Source of the DNA: Asterias rubens
Taxonomy: Eukaryota
Reading direction: 5' to 3'
Assembly (NCBI RefSeq): GCF_902459465.1
Contig: NC_047072.1
Span: 12,214,001 to 12,278,000, forward strand
Length of the DNA stretch: 64,000 nucleotides
Of the stretch, positions 22,633-34,994 are shown one piece after another. Every line of letters begins with the position of its first letter. Position 1 is the stretch's first letter. Under the pieces are notes generated by a model, which worked only from the letters and a program-made list of their open reading frames with translations, made no database searches and was not told the origin of the DNA. The position numbers were made by a program, and so were the translations under genes.

Positions 22633-22997
22633 AAACTGCCATGTCAGATACCTGAATCGTTTCTGGATCATCCAGGGTCCTAGACTTGTTACAAATAGAT
22701 GTATTGGACTGCCGTAGTTGACTCAGTATTGGAGTCAGTTCCACACATTTTAGGGTCATTTTGACACACATACCCCGGACCATACTGACCCAGGTCCATA
22801 TGTCAGACCCCCTTGGTTTTTGTTACGGTGCATTCTTAACTTCAAGTGCCTTGAACAGTTGCCTAAATTTTTGTAAACATGTGGATGCTATATTTTTAAC
22901 TCTATGAAGTTTGTAAATTTTTGGCTGCGATGGTCTTTGTTTTTATTAAACCATTTCAAATCAAATACAATCAAATTATATCAATTATTTTAAGGGG

Positions 22998-23048
22998 GAA
23001 ACAAACAAACAAACAAACAAACAAACAAACAAACAACAAACAAACAAA
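22998..23048. repeat. (AAAC)n microsatellite
   Basis: Direct tandem AAAC units. Confidence 0.9.
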
Positions 23049-23680
23049 AACCTGATAGTTTATGGTGTAATTCATTTATTTCAAATGTAAAATATAGCAT
23101 GTAAAACGGGGTTGTTGACATTATTTACCGTTCATGTCTTATGGACAAACAGCAAACAGCTAATAGCTTATTCGTATGGCTAACAAATGTAGGCTAACTC
23201 TTTTAAAGCAATAATGCAAATAGCTTTTAGCATGACGCATTACATTGTCAACAAAGAAAACTACGTGTTCCTTTTTAAGTGTCGCCTCTTTTCATCTAAA
23301 AACAGATCGACGTGTAGTTTGATTACTCTATAAAACGCCCGGTTCAGAATTGACTAAGGTCCCGTGGGGCCTGACCTATTTGTGAGTCAGTTTGACCCTG
23401 AATCTGTGTCAAGCTGAATCTGTGATGACCCAGGTACGGTCACTGGTCAAACAGACGCATAATAATGGATACAATTCCACTTTTGACTACACTTTCCGGT
23501 CAGCCTGCCTCAAAAATAGTGTCTGGCTTTCTTTGATCCAGAATCCCGGTAAATTTCAACCCTTTTTTTTTTTTTTTTTCAGTGTGAACGGTGGCATGGT
23601 CTCTCTTTCTGTCTCCGGATTATGAGATTAAAGTAGGCCTCCTAGAAACAAAATTTTGAATTAGATTTAATCTTATTCTT

Positions 23681-23910
23681 TTAAAGGCACTGGATACTAT
23701 TGGTAGTTACTCAAAATCACTGTAGGTGTAAAAACTTACCAAGTAACGAACAACGGAGAGCTGTCCATAATATAAAACATTAGAAGACGTAAGGCCTGAA
23801 GCAACAAGGTTTTTTTTTCTTATACTATTTTTAAGCAACTTTATGACCAATTTAGTCCAAATATTTGCAGGTTTGTTATTTTATGCATATGATGGGATAC
23901 AAAAAGTGAG
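23681..23910 (+). mobile_element. Degenerate MITE family A fragment
   Basis: TTAA-AGGCACTGGATACTATTGGTAGTTACTC start; decayed body. Confidence 0.65.
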
Positions 23911-25436
23911 AAATATTTAATGAGCAGACTTGAGATTTCGCCATACTTATAAACAACCTCAAAAAGCAATTTAACAAATAAAAATACTTTCAAATGTTGA
24001 ATCAATTATGCATGTCACTTTAGTTAAACCATGGAGGTAGAAACTTTGTAAAAGCAGACTCTAGTGTAATTATACTTTAAGAAAACATATTTCGATGACA
24101 TATTTAAATATTACAAGATTATTACATTGTTGACTCCAAACCGAGAAGATCGGTGTATTGGTGATAAGCTTTCTAGCTAATACATACAAACCGAAAGGGT
24201 TAGACGACAAGGGTGACTGCTGATAGTTGAATATAGGATTACATGCACATGGGACTTGCACCGTATATGGGGGCATTTACGAAAATAATATTGAGGGTCT
24301 CTTGGTAATTTTTACAAAAATTAATGTCAAGCCAAATTTGCTTTGTTTAGGAGCACTGCAGCTGTTCATAATGTTTAACATTTTGGGAAACGATTTCCTT
24401 AAAACGAATGTGGTCATTATAGAGAAAGGGATTGAACGCATGTAGGATTTGAGGCATTGCATGGTGAGGTATCAATATATATTTGGTTTGAGGCAACACC
24501 CTGTGTGTATCTACTTGCCAGGTAGAGTTTGTTCTAAGAGAACTGTCTTGCTTAATTCTACTACCGCGGAGTAGATTGTTCGGGTGTTCGGGGAGACTTC
24601 TCAGTTCTGAAAAACAAAATTCTGATTGAAAGCATTTCAAACCGAGAAATATTTCTCAGATTGTGTGGGCCTACTCCATTTACGGATTCTTCTTTTACGG
24701 ATTCCACATTTTGAAATGAAATTTCCACTTGTAGTTTTATTGTATGTATTGATACATTGACATTAATTACTAAAAAACAACCAAGCGGTTCCAAAAACCA
24801 AAGGTATACCTTGTGAAAGAGTTCATGATTTAGACGAGTGCCTTTAATTTGTTGTTTTCAATGCAAAAAAAAAAAAAAAAAAAGCCACGAATATGCTTAC
24901 ATCAAACTGTTTTCAAGTAACATTAACAAAAATTGCGCTTTATTTGTTATGTTTTAAAATTAGTGTTTTTCAAGTTTTTTTTTTTAAAAACGTATAGTTA
25001 AAGAAAAGAACTTCGTTTACTAACTTTTGCGTTCTTTCACTAATTACTCTTCTTAAATAGTATGTACAGGTTTAAAATTAAGGTTTTATATTTTGAACAG
25101 TAGTTTTCAAATTCTTTGAATCCAAAACATGTTCCGAAATTTTCCTTTTTTTCAAATACTTTATCTTGACTATAGATACAAACATGTTTTACTTTTCACA
25201 CACTTTTTCTCCAGTTAGCTTATTTTCGTAAAAAAAAGAAATTGTAAATGAGAGACTAAATAAAAAATTAGCCAATCACTTAAATTCAGTTGTAGATTCT
25301 AAATTCATCTCAGTCTGTTGTTGATGTCTTGCTACTGTTTCATCCTGAGTTTGTTTTTTTTTGCGTGGGGGGGGGGGGTCGGGCAGAACGGGGGTAATCG
25401 GACCCTTCATTTGTGAGATCCCCATCTCACATGGGA

Positions 25437-25629
25437 TGTTGGACAACTCGTCCGTCGGACAACTCGACCTTTCGGACTTTTCGACGGTTGAGACAGCTCA
25501 ACCGTTCGACTTGTCTTGGTCTTGACCCTAAGTCGAGTTGTGTGACGATTGTATAAACAATTCGTCAAATTGTCCGAACGGTCGAGTTGTCCGACGGACG
25601 AGTTGTCCGACGGACGAGTTGTCTGAACA
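25437..25629. mobile_element. Foldback element with modular TIRs built from a 16-bp unit (GAGTTGTCCGACGGAC), TGTT...AACA ends
   Basis: Units at 25584, 25600 and 25616, with inverted units at about 25441-25470. Confidence 0.6.
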
Positions 25630-26521
25630 CTCTCACCGGGGAGGGGGTGGGCAAGAGGAAGGGGGTTGCTAAGAGGAAGGGGGTTGCTAAACGTCAAGGT
25701 GTCACACTCTAGTAAAACTCGGAATTTCTTTTGGGGCTGGGAAAGGGGCAAGAGGGGAAAATGCATTTTTTTTTAAAGACGGGTAGGTAGGTCAGTAGTT
25801 AAACCATCTCTTGTAAATTTATTTCGATTTCATGGGGAGGCAGGATCCGAGTGATGGAAGTGTGTGTGGGGGTGGGGGGGGGGGGGGGGGGGGGGCTACA
25901 CGTCGAGGTGGCACACGTACATTTATACTGTCTCGTTCTGTGTCATGTTTTATAGGGGGAAAGCCGGGCCATAGGTCTACATTTTTTGAAGGGGTGAAGG
26001 TTGGTAATGTATTGAACAATTCATGTATGGATTTAGTCCGATCTCAGAGGAAGTGAAGATGAGGAGGGGGTTGTGAAACTGGGGTGTGCCACGAACTACC
26101 ACAATGTTATTGAGAGAATGGTATATTTTCATACACGTGGTGTGAAAGCAGAATAAACCTTACAAAATAATATGAAAGTATTTCATCGAGTGCCATTTTG
26201 TTTAAAAACCAAACCGGTTTATTTAAAATAATACACTCTAGTATACGCGTTTGGGATCCTCATTAGAATATCACAATAACACGATGCACCTGTGAGTTTC
26301 CCTCTGAACAATAGTAGCGGATATAATTGGCTATTGAAGGACAGGTGTTTTTGATTTTATATTTTTAGTCTTGATCTTGCAGAATAATATTCGTGTGTTT
26401 ATCATAACGAGCTATTTATGCAAGCATTTTTTAATCGTTTATGATAATTTCAAGCTTGTGTATACAACTGTTGTTGGACAATCAGTTCAGTTCACTATTC
26501 TGTTTATTTTCGCTCATTTTC

Positions 26522-26567
26522 TGCGCCTTGAACACCCAGCAGGGTGGATATGTGCGCATTACAAGTC

Positions 26568-26625
<58 letters not shown>
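26522..26625 (+). mobile_element. 5'-truncated SINE/LINE 3' tail ending in a (TAT)n microsatellite (26568-26625)
   Basis: GCGCCTTGA...GATATGTGCGC...AAGTC-(TTA)n resembles the tail of the SINE at 56783-57154. Confidence 0.65.
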
Positions 26626-26758
26626 CAGTTCCTTTACCATGTTATACACAGTACTTTATTGTTATTATCATACGGAAGGAATGCGTTTGGTTACCACTCT
26701 CAACATTAACGGAAACGTATGAGACCTACAGCATAAAGCATGTTGAGAAACATTTCAC

Positions 26759-27145
26759 TTAAAGGCAGTGGACATTATTGGTAATTACTCAAAATAATTA
26801 TTAGCATAAAACCTTTCTTGGTGACAAGTAATGGGGAGAGGTTGGTGGTATAAAACATTGTGAGAAACAGCTCCCTCTGAAGTGCCATAGTTTTGGAGAA
26901 AGAAGCAATTTTCCACGAATTTGATTTCGAGACCTCAAGTTTAGAACTTGAGGTCTCGAAATCAACCATCTAAACGCACACAACTTCGTGTGACAAGGGT
27001 TTTTTCTTCTTTCATTAGTATCTCGCAACTTTGATGACCGATTGAGCTCAAATTTTCACAGGTTTGTTATTTCATGCATATGTTGAGATACACCAACTGT
27101 GAAGGCTAGTCTTTGACAATTACCAATAGTGTCCACTGCCTTTAA
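26759..27145 (+). mobile_element. MITE family A copy (well preserved, 387 bp including both TTAA)
   Basis: TTAA-AGGCAGTGGACATTATTGGTAATT ... AATTACCAATAGTGTCCACTGCCT-TTAA. Confidence 0.92.
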
Positions 27146-28048
27146 GTTTGGTAATGTGGTATACATGTACGTTAAAATTTGACTCTGAGAAGCGTTATTT
27201 TCTCTTATTTCGTGAATAAGCTCCGCATATTGGGCGAAATCTCAAAAACGCGACCACCTTAAATGTTCACCATGTTCTTACGTATTATCTGCATTGACAT
27301 TAAGATTAAGGCAATCGAGGGGTTTCATATAAACCAAAGCCATACTTTTCTTTAAATACTTAAAAGCCGTGAAGAAATTGCTTGACCAATTCAAATAAAT
27401 TAATGAAAAATCATTTTCAAATCATAAGTTGACTTCAAGTTATAAATGCCCTGTGCAATCATGCGGTGATCAATTTAGAAACTTTCTCTAAAGACAAAAT
27501 AACAACAAACTGTTTAATGTTAACATAGTTATGACGTACATTCTGCTCTAGCAATGCGAAGGTCGTGGGGTCAAATCCACCGAGTGATTTGCCTGTAGTT
27601 TTGTTTTATTCACAATTTTGTGAATTATGCCTATACTGTGAGTAGGCCCTATGGTAAAACGCGTTGGTGTATACAACAACATTATACTATGATTCCCACA
27701 AGAACACATGTGTTTATAACCTTTTGAAATGACATTTCCATACAGGCAATTGAAGGAATACATTCCCTTGTCCCTTTTTTGAATCAGTGCACCAAACACT
27801 GAACAATTTGACTTCACTCACCGCAAAGTTGGAGACAGAAAGATTTCTATGGGAGTGTCGAAACTAAATAACAAAACTCATGGGAAACGAAACTTCCCGT
27901 TCGTCTGAATGCAGTCTTGACGGGTCACTGATCCTATAAGAATTGGATATAAAGGGTATGCCAACTTGCCTATTGTATGAACATGGAATATTCAATCTAT
28001 GTAAAATAACAACAAAAAATTATAGCCTTAAACTAGCAACTAGACATG

Positions 28049-28250
28049 CAGGGCCAATTTCCAAAAAGCAAGTATTAGCACAATAACTGACTAAGCACGG
28101 ACAAAGCTTGCTTAGCTGAAATAGGTTTATACCAGCCAACATGTCAGAAAAATAACATTGTTACCACTGGTTCCCACATAATTTGTTGCTTAGTAAAGTA
28201 ATTTTCTAAGCAATGTTTTCGGCTTAACACCTTAATGAAATTGGGTCCGT
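28049..28250. mobile_element. MITE family D copy, degenerate
   Basis: CAG-GGCCAATTTC ... GAAATTGGGTC. Confidence 0.55.
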
Positions 28251-29420
28251 CTGCAAAACCGTATAGTATTGCATAGAGGACATAATTGCATGCGACACCT
28301 GCACGTTAATCCGGGGGTCGTTGGTTCGAGTCCCACTCATGACAATTTCTCTTTGTTCATCCCAAAATCAATGTATTATAAAGAATTGTTTTGCCCCCCC
28401 TGAGGAGTAAGAGTGACAAGAGGGATTTGGGAACACAGTGTCGAAGTAGTCATGCACATTGGTAACGAATTGTCAGTTGCGGCTACAGTGACGGCTTCGG
28501 CTTGAACACAACATCATCATACGTTGAGGTCGCCATGGTTCTACGTTATTGTACATCCTGCCGAAATAAGCCACGTCCAAATAACTTGGCTGCGGCTGTT
28601 GCTTAGGGCGTTGCTATTGGCCGGCTTGAGACTCCGTTCTCTCGTCTGAAGCCCCGAGCGCGTATATACGCAAAGCAAGTGCAAATTGTCAAAACAACCG
28701 GCGGGGCAAGCTAGCCTGATCCGTTTTTATAGCCGAAGCCGTCGTTTCGAAAAGGGCCTACGCTTCAGCATAGATCAGAACCAGGGCTTCAGCAACTTAT
28801 CCGGACATGAAATTCTAACCTCATTTTTGTGTAGCAAAAAAAAAAAAACACACATGATAAAAAAAAAACACATGAGCAAAATGGTTGACATTGCTTGTGT
28901 GTTATTGGTGGATTTTGTGTCATCTAAATACAACAACTGCCCGGTATCTTAGCTTGCTTGCTCTTTGCCTTGATTTATGGTTAACAATAGAAATTCTGCT
29001 AATGGCCGCTCCGTAAGCAAAATACATCTGCTTACAGCTTTTTTGAAATTGGGCCATGGATTGGTGGAGATACACCAGGTTTAAGCATTTTGGTTTATTC
29101 AATGTCATAATGCTCTCCGGCGATATCTCAAAAAACGGTAGAAAATTTACAAATTAAATGTTGACATGATAATGTTTTTGTGTGCAATTTTACCTACATT
29201 TTTTATAGGATTACAATATAAGAAATGAACAGTTTTCCAACAATCGAATTTATGCGTTACCTTTAACTTAAAGAACCAAATAGAATGTAGCCTTAAAATA
29301 ATACTATTTTTGGGTCTTTCGAAGGTAGCCTGAACGTCTGACGTCATTCTTCGAGGCTCGTGCGGATAAAGACAGGGGCCCAGTCTATTTTGACGTTGGC
29401 TGCTGTATTTATTGTGTCAG

Positions 29421-29435
29421 TCGCTAGGTGGCGCT
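29421..29435 (+). promoter_or_regulatory. Candidate CTCF-type motif
   Basis: TCGCTAGGTGGCGCT matches the CTCF core consensus (CCRSYAGRKGGCRS) at all but the first position. Motif match only. Confidence 0.3.
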
Positions 29436-31585
29436 GTTTTGACTAACGCGTCTGAGCTCAGTGGCAAATTATTGAAGGCCTACACTCACGTTAGTATTAT
29501 TATTATTTATTTATTCAGCCCAGACTTCAACAAACAGTACAAGATACAATATTACCGCAAAATATAACAATATAAATGAAATATCCTCGGGAAAACATCT
29601 AGTTATCCACATGGCATGGCAACAAGTCTCACAAGCAAGTAGTTTCGCAACCAAAGTCATTCACGAATGAAGCTACTCACATGGCAAGAATTCAGGATTC
29701 TTTTCTAAACTAAAAGAACGACAACTATGAATTCCTCATACTATTGTTGTTTTGGCAAATTGACCCATCAGAAATGTCCAGTAAAAAGAACTATTCAAGA
29801 GTGAGGATTCTAAGAACATTTTAGAAAAGTCAAAAGCAGGGAAGTTAGTTGGTCAAGAATGGATTGTAAACGATGGTGGAAACCAGACAGATAGGGCTGC
29901 AGAAACACTCACACCCCAAGTGGTGTACCGGGGAAGGAGGAAGCCCTCCCCCGCCCCCTCCCATCCTTGCCCTCTTTCTATTAAAACACGTTCCCGTCGC
30001 TTAAGCTTGCTAGACCTTGCAACAAGTCGTAATGGTGTTTTATTCATGCTCATTGGCCTACTTCTGGGATATCCCACCATGAAGATGCATTATATTTGTT
30101 GTTTATAATATTTGTTATCTTGTCTATGTTTCATTCGTTGTACATAAAACCATTAAAACACAACTCAGCTTTTGGCTGCGATTTTTGAATGTTTGTGATC
30201 AACCAGTAACCAATTTATGGTAATTTGTTTTGAATGAAATCAGAACATCGAACAATGATTGGTCTGAACATGGTGGGGAAAATTAGAAGGAGTTACGTTG
30301 CCACCCCCCCCCCCCCCCAAATGTCTGGTTTTCCAGCGCCCTGCGTTACAAAACATCGTGGTGTCAAAAAATAAATGAATGGGAAATGAGAAATGAATCA
30401 CACCAGGAAAACAACACTGATTTATTATTTCGGGTACATGTACTTATAGTTGTGACTCTAATAACGGTAACCTTTCCCAATGCAAATATAATTTGACGCA
30501 GGTAAACATTTCGAGCACGACCAACACAAACACCTTTCTCTTATGAGAGGTCTATTCATAGCGACTGGTGGCTATTGATGTATTGATGACCACTTTTGTC
30601 CAGCCGTTCGGTTGATGTCACGAGCAGTGAAAAGATGGCGATATTGTACACATTTGCATGAGAAAAGACTAGCAGAGGTTCGAGCGAGAGATACACAAAC
30701 TGTTGCTTTATAAACACAATCTAATTTAAGGGTTTGGAGGGCGTTGTCTGTTTAAACATGGAGGAATAATAAAGTTGATCTCATTTTGAGAAATATTAAA
30801 TGCATGGGGTCATACAACATAAAGGGTGTCTTGTTTTGGGATGTGAATTTCTAGGAGTCGGTGGGAAAAACGGCAATTTTAGGGAATTCACCTTTTTCCC
30901 CCAAAATGGAGGTGGGTGTGTTGAAAGTGGTGCACTGCTAACAATAGAACGAGTGTGCTTTAGAGTTTGTATTCACATGCAGAGTGGGGGAGGAGGTGAC
31001 GGGGAGGTCGTCTATAATCCCCGGATGTATCATTTGAATGCATTGTCAATTGTGATTAGTCATTGCTTCAACGGAATTCCATTAACGTTTGCTTGGTTTG
31101 GCATTACAATGGATTCACAGCAGAATACTAGTGTAGAGTGTTAATATAGTACAGCTACACTGTGGTGTGAGTAATTTTATAAGAGAGCATCTATTCTGTA
31201 AAAAAAACCTGTATAGAGTTACTCGAGGAACATGGACGAAGAATCTGGAAGCAGAAACGATTTGTGATTGTGAAGGGGGAACCGACCAGCCCTGTAATGT
31301 GGTGGACCTAACTCTGTTGCTGGAACTCCTTCAACTGTCTCTCTGCAGCAACCACATGTATCGTAAGTTGAAGGACATCGTGTGTATACTGATAGGCCTA
31401 TAACGTGGTTACAAGTGACACTTGTGACCGTATGTACAATTTCGCTTAAGATAATATTGTGATAGTGAAACTGAATTTGCTGCATGGTCGGAGTCCGATA
31501 GCTCGGGTGATATTATGCTTGGGCCTGCCTCCATCATGGTGATAGAATTATGATACACTGTGAGGAGATTTCGACTAAAAAAAAA

Positions 31586-33343
31586 ATGGCTCCACGACTA
31601 AAGCTAACTGTGTTACTTCTACCATGGTTCGTTGTGATTATGTTAGTGTGTCGCACTCATCAACAGCAGGTTACGTTTGTAATTCAACCACAAGATATGA
31701 ACATTATCGAAGGATCCAAAGCCGTTTTCACGTGTGAGATAACCACCAATGAAGTAGAAGAAATAAAGTGGTACCGCTGGGACACAGCAACAGGGGGAGG
31801 CTCATCACAAGTAAAGGATGTCGGTCGTTTTGAAATATCTGAAACAACGGGGACAACAGCTCAAAGCCTGATTATCAGCGAAAGCATACTGAGCGATTCG
31901 GCGTATTACTTCTGCACCTACGGGAACCAGTCAAAGTCCACGCTGGGTAGATTGGAGGTCCTCCCAAAAACTTGGTTGCCGCAGTGTTCTCGGACACCAA
32001 GCACTGGGAAACTTCCCATCGGGGAACGTTTTGAGCTTGCATGTACCTCAACCGGCCATGTGGACACATCTCTCGTGTGGTACGTACGAGAGACCTCAGG
32101 CAGATCCGCTGTTGACAACGTCCAGGTAATTAAGGATCAGGAGTTAATGAATGTTACCTCAATCTACGGTAGCATGATAGGTACATCCGATGCTTTAGTG
32201 TATACTTGTGAGGCTTCTTTGGATGGTCTGTTCCAACAGGAGAGCTGTACCGTATCAATTAACGATGAGGCTCCGCTTGATATTATCCCTTATATTGTGG
32301 TGGGTCTGATGAGTCTCATTGCCTTACTGCTGTTCTTCGTGGTGCTGTGGATCCTGTTCAGACACAGACAGTGTCGCATCTGCCAACAGGCTATGCAAGA
32401 ACCTCACACGGTTCTGGACGCAGCATCTTTACAGACTGGTTCCTGGGTTCCTCCACCGGTAGTTGCCATTGACGTTGAAGGCAGTGAGGGCAGTGAGAGC
32501 AGTGAAGATCGTGTCTCGGAGAAAGATACCCAAATACACCATTTAGATAGAGGTACCAACCAACCTCCTGACGTGGTGCCTGTTTTGGAACCCGTTGAGG
32601 TACCCGAGATAGGTGATCAGCCTAGCAGTTCCTCTGAAGTGGTTCCTGAAACGGAACCTGCAGATTCATCGGAACCTGTTCCGAAAGCAGAACCAGGACC
32701 CACAACCGAACTCAAACCGAAAACCAAGAACCTCACCCTGACCAAAAACATAGACAAGAACATCGAGAAGCCTGAGAAAATTGTCGAGAAGAAGGAGATT
32801 CAATTTCCAGCACACAAGACACGCGGAACGCGCAGACCTAGGGACAAGAAGGTCAAACATTACAAGGAACCTCCAGTGAAGGCGAAAATGAAAGAAAAGG
32901 AACCGATCTACGCCCATGTTAAAAAGCTGAACGTGCCAACAAAGTCCACTCAGGGGGGTTCAACATCAGCAGATGCCGTACCGTCTACCTCAGCGGGGGC
33001 GACGGCAGTCCCCCCACCCGATCCACCACCCCGACCTTCCCCTGACTCGGAGTCGAAAGACACAAGCTCCACGACCACGAACTCGTCAGACCAGACCCCG
33101 GGCGTAAACGATCTAGGACGGGGGAACTCCAAGAAGAAACGAGTCAAACACTACCGAAAGAAGTCCGAGGACGTCAAACGGAACTCACATCCTGAAGAAA
33201 CTGTGTTGAATATACCGGCGGCGACCAACTCGACCTCTGAATCGCCATCAGCCCAGCCGAAGAGCTCACCCAAAGTGCCCGCAGACCGAGTCATCTATGC
33301 AGAGTTAGATTTCAGTAAAGATGTTGGACCCAATATTATATGA
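31586..33343 (+). CDS. Ig-superfamily type I membrane protein 4 (two Ig domains, TM, long Pro/Lys-rich tail with EPIYA and ITIM), 585 aa, single coding exon
   Basis: AAAATGG start and signal peptide (an upstream in-frame ATG at 31550 is possible). DSAYYFC domain 1; CTSTGHVDTSLVW...YTC domain 2; TM IIPYIVVGLMSLIALLLFFVVLWILF; tail ends VIYAELDF... Confidence 0.92.
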   Translation: MAPRLKLTVLLLPWFVVIMLVCRTHQQQVTFVIQPQDMNIIEGSKAVFTCEITTNEVEEIKWYRWDTATGGGSSQVKDVGRFEISETTGTTAQSLIISESILSDSAYYFCTYGNQSKSTLGRLEVLPKTWLPQCSRTPSTGKLPIGERFELACTSTGHVDTSLVWYVRETSGRSAVDNVQVIKDQELMNVTSIYGSMIGTSDALVYTCEASLDGLFQQESCTVSINDEAPLDIIPYIVVGLMSLIALLLFFVVLWILFRHRQCRICQQAMQEPHTVLDAASLQTGSWVPPPVVAIDVEGSEGSESSEDRVSEKDTQIHHLDRGTNQPPDVVPVLEPVEVPEIGDQPSSSSEVVPETEPADSSEPVPKAEPGPTTELKPKTKNLTLTKNIDKNIEKPEKIVEKKEIQFPAHKTRGTRRPRDKKVKHYKEPPVKAKMKEKEPIYAHVKKLNVPTKSTQGGSTSADAVPSTSAGATAVPPPDPPPRPSPDSESKDTSSTTTNSSDQTPGVNDLGRGNSKKKRVKHYRKKSEDVKRNSHPEETVLNIPAATNSTSESPSAQPKSSPKVPADRVIYAELDFSKDVGPNII

Positions 33344-33460
33344 ACTATTTTTTTTAGTTGAAGTTTTTGTATATACTCAATATACTTATATCAACAAATG
33401 TATGCAGGGACAAAATTTACCCAGGAAGTATTTTTTTAAATGTACATGTAGCAGCATGAC

Positions 33461-33658
33461 CAGGGCCCAACTTCAAGCCTGTAAGCAAAAAAAACCTGCT
33501 AAGCTTAGGAAAATCTTGCTTAGCACAAACAGGTTACCATCCAACATTCCATAAAGTTTACATTGTTGCGACTGGTGTCCCGACTCATTTTGTGCTTAGA
33601 AGAAAAATATGTCAAGTAGTATTTTCAGTGCTAAACAGCTTTATGAAATTGGGCCCCG
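33461..33658. mobile_element. MITE family D copy, about 120 bp after the Ig gene 4 stop
   Basis: CAG-GGCCCAACTTC ... GAAATTGGGCC. Confidence 0.65.
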
Positions 33659-33736
33659 AATGAGGAAGTTTCAATAGGATACCTTTGACTAACTCCTTTC
33701 AATCAACATCCTCTAGTTTTTTTATAAAGCATCCTG

Positions 33737-33930
33737 CACTCTAAAAACATCGGGGTCAGATTTGACCCAGATTTCGGGCCCCGTGTGGCCCTGACACATT
33801 TCTTAGTCAGTGTGACCCAGATTCTGAGTCAAAGTGACCCAAAAATGGGTCAAAAGGACACAGAATCCGAGTTAGAAATCCCATTTGTAACCACTTCCTA
33901 GGTCAACCTGACCCAGAAATGATTCAGACC
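33737..33930. mobile_element. EnSpm/CACTA-like fragment with repeated TGACCC motifs
   Basis: CACTCTAAAAA terminus followed by many TGACCC/GGGTCA motifs. Similar pieces near 22640-22830 and 23330-23440. Confidence 0.4.
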
Positions 33931-33952
33931 CACAACGACAAAAAATAATGTC

Positions 33953-34170
33953 TTAAAGGATTTGGGTACTTTTTGTTACACAAAACATTAAACATTTATG
34001 TATATTAAACTAATACCGTTTGAAGATAATGATGGTAGAAAGTTGACCTTAAAATACTACTTGCCAGGCTGCTGTAGTTTTTGAGAAATGAGTAAAACAA
34101 TGTCACGAAAACACATTTTACATGCTAAAATTATTTCCGTGGCTTGTTTTACTAATTTCTCAAAAAATAG
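33953..34170. mobile_element. MITE family C left-arm fragment
   Basis: TTAA-AGGATTTGGGTACTTTTTG; homologous to 2309-2480. Confidence 0.7.
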
Positions 34171-34353
34171 ACTTTAAATTAAAAGGAAATGTTTGCACAA
34201 TTTTATCGTCAGGTTTGAGGATTGTTATTGGTTTTCACATTCAAAAGGACTCTATAAGTAAATGAGTGGATCACAAAACTTTATATTGATGTAAAGGGGC
34301 TCACTATATGGTGACTTTCTTATTACGTTTTTGCATTGTTGTGAGACCAACCT

Positions 34354-34521
34354 ATAGACATTAATTTTATCACGGTTCAGCCATCTTGAACTTCTCCCAT
34401 TGATGTCAATGGAAGAAAAAATAGTCTGGTTCCTATATTTTCAAAATGATTATTATCATTCATTATTGTTAGTCGACACGAGGAACATAACCAAGATGGA
34501 GGCAGCATGAAAAAGGTCTAT
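34354..34521. mobile_element. AT-flanked MITE (same family as 12770)
   Basis: AT-AGAC ... AAAGGTCT-AT; shared AATAGTCTGGT and CATTCATTA core. Confidence 0.6.
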
Positions 34522-34602
34522 TCGAAGCTTATTGTTGTTTTGTATATTTTATCATAAAGTATATCAAGATGTTATTCAATGACATACATGTATAGTTACA
34601 AG

Positions 34603-34785
34603 CAGGGCCCAATTTCACAGAGCTACTTAAGCAAACAATGTTGCTTTATAATTGTGTGCTTAGCAGAAATGAGCAGGATACCAGTCACAATGTGTACACG
34701 AGACATGGTAATGTGGCTGGTAACCATAGTTTTGTTGTGCTTAGCTTCTTCTTGTGCTAAAGCAGCTCTATGAAATTGGGCCATT
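34603..34785. mobile_element. MITE family D copy
   Basis: CAG-GGCCCAATTTCACAGAGCT ... AGCTCTATGAAATTGGGCC. Confidence 0.7.
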
Positions 34786-34811
34786 GTTACTAGAGAGAGG
34801 TTACACCACCT

Positions 34812-34987
34812 CAGGCCTGTATGCTTCGTTTTTGAAAAGACAAGGGCACCAAGGCATTTTCTCTTTGGCAAAGGGCACCCTATGAGAAAACTGTAAATTT
34901 CTACTGGAGAATTTCAAGGGCACCAAGGCAACGACCAGGAGACATGGAGGCAATCGCCTTCGTTGCCTCCGTGAAGTATCAGGCCTG
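34812..34987. mobile_element. Small CAGGCCTG-terminated element with a 6-bp flanking direct repeat (hAT-like)
   Basis: CCACCT-CAGGCCTGTATGCTTCG ... CGTGAAGTATCAGGCCTG-CCACCT; internal AAGGGCACCAAGGCA repeats. Confidence 0.6.
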
Positions 34988-34994
34988 CCACCTA

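Noticed and set aside
26371-26762. Poly-Tyr/Ile/Leu ORFs
   Set aside because: Produced by the (TAT)n microsatellite tail.
2170-28360. B-box-like motifs at about 2180-2205, 27550-27590 and 28310-28340 as tRNA genes
   Set aside because: Only partial T-arm-like sequence with no full cloverleaf; more likely decayed SINE heads.
8280-28445. CACAGTG heptamers as possible RAG recombination signals near the V-type Ig genes
   Set aside because: The heptamers checked (about 8289 and 28434) have no ACAAAAACC nonamer at 12-bp spacing, and none noticed abuts a gene segment. The Ig genes are already complete ORFs with no FGxG J-like motif.
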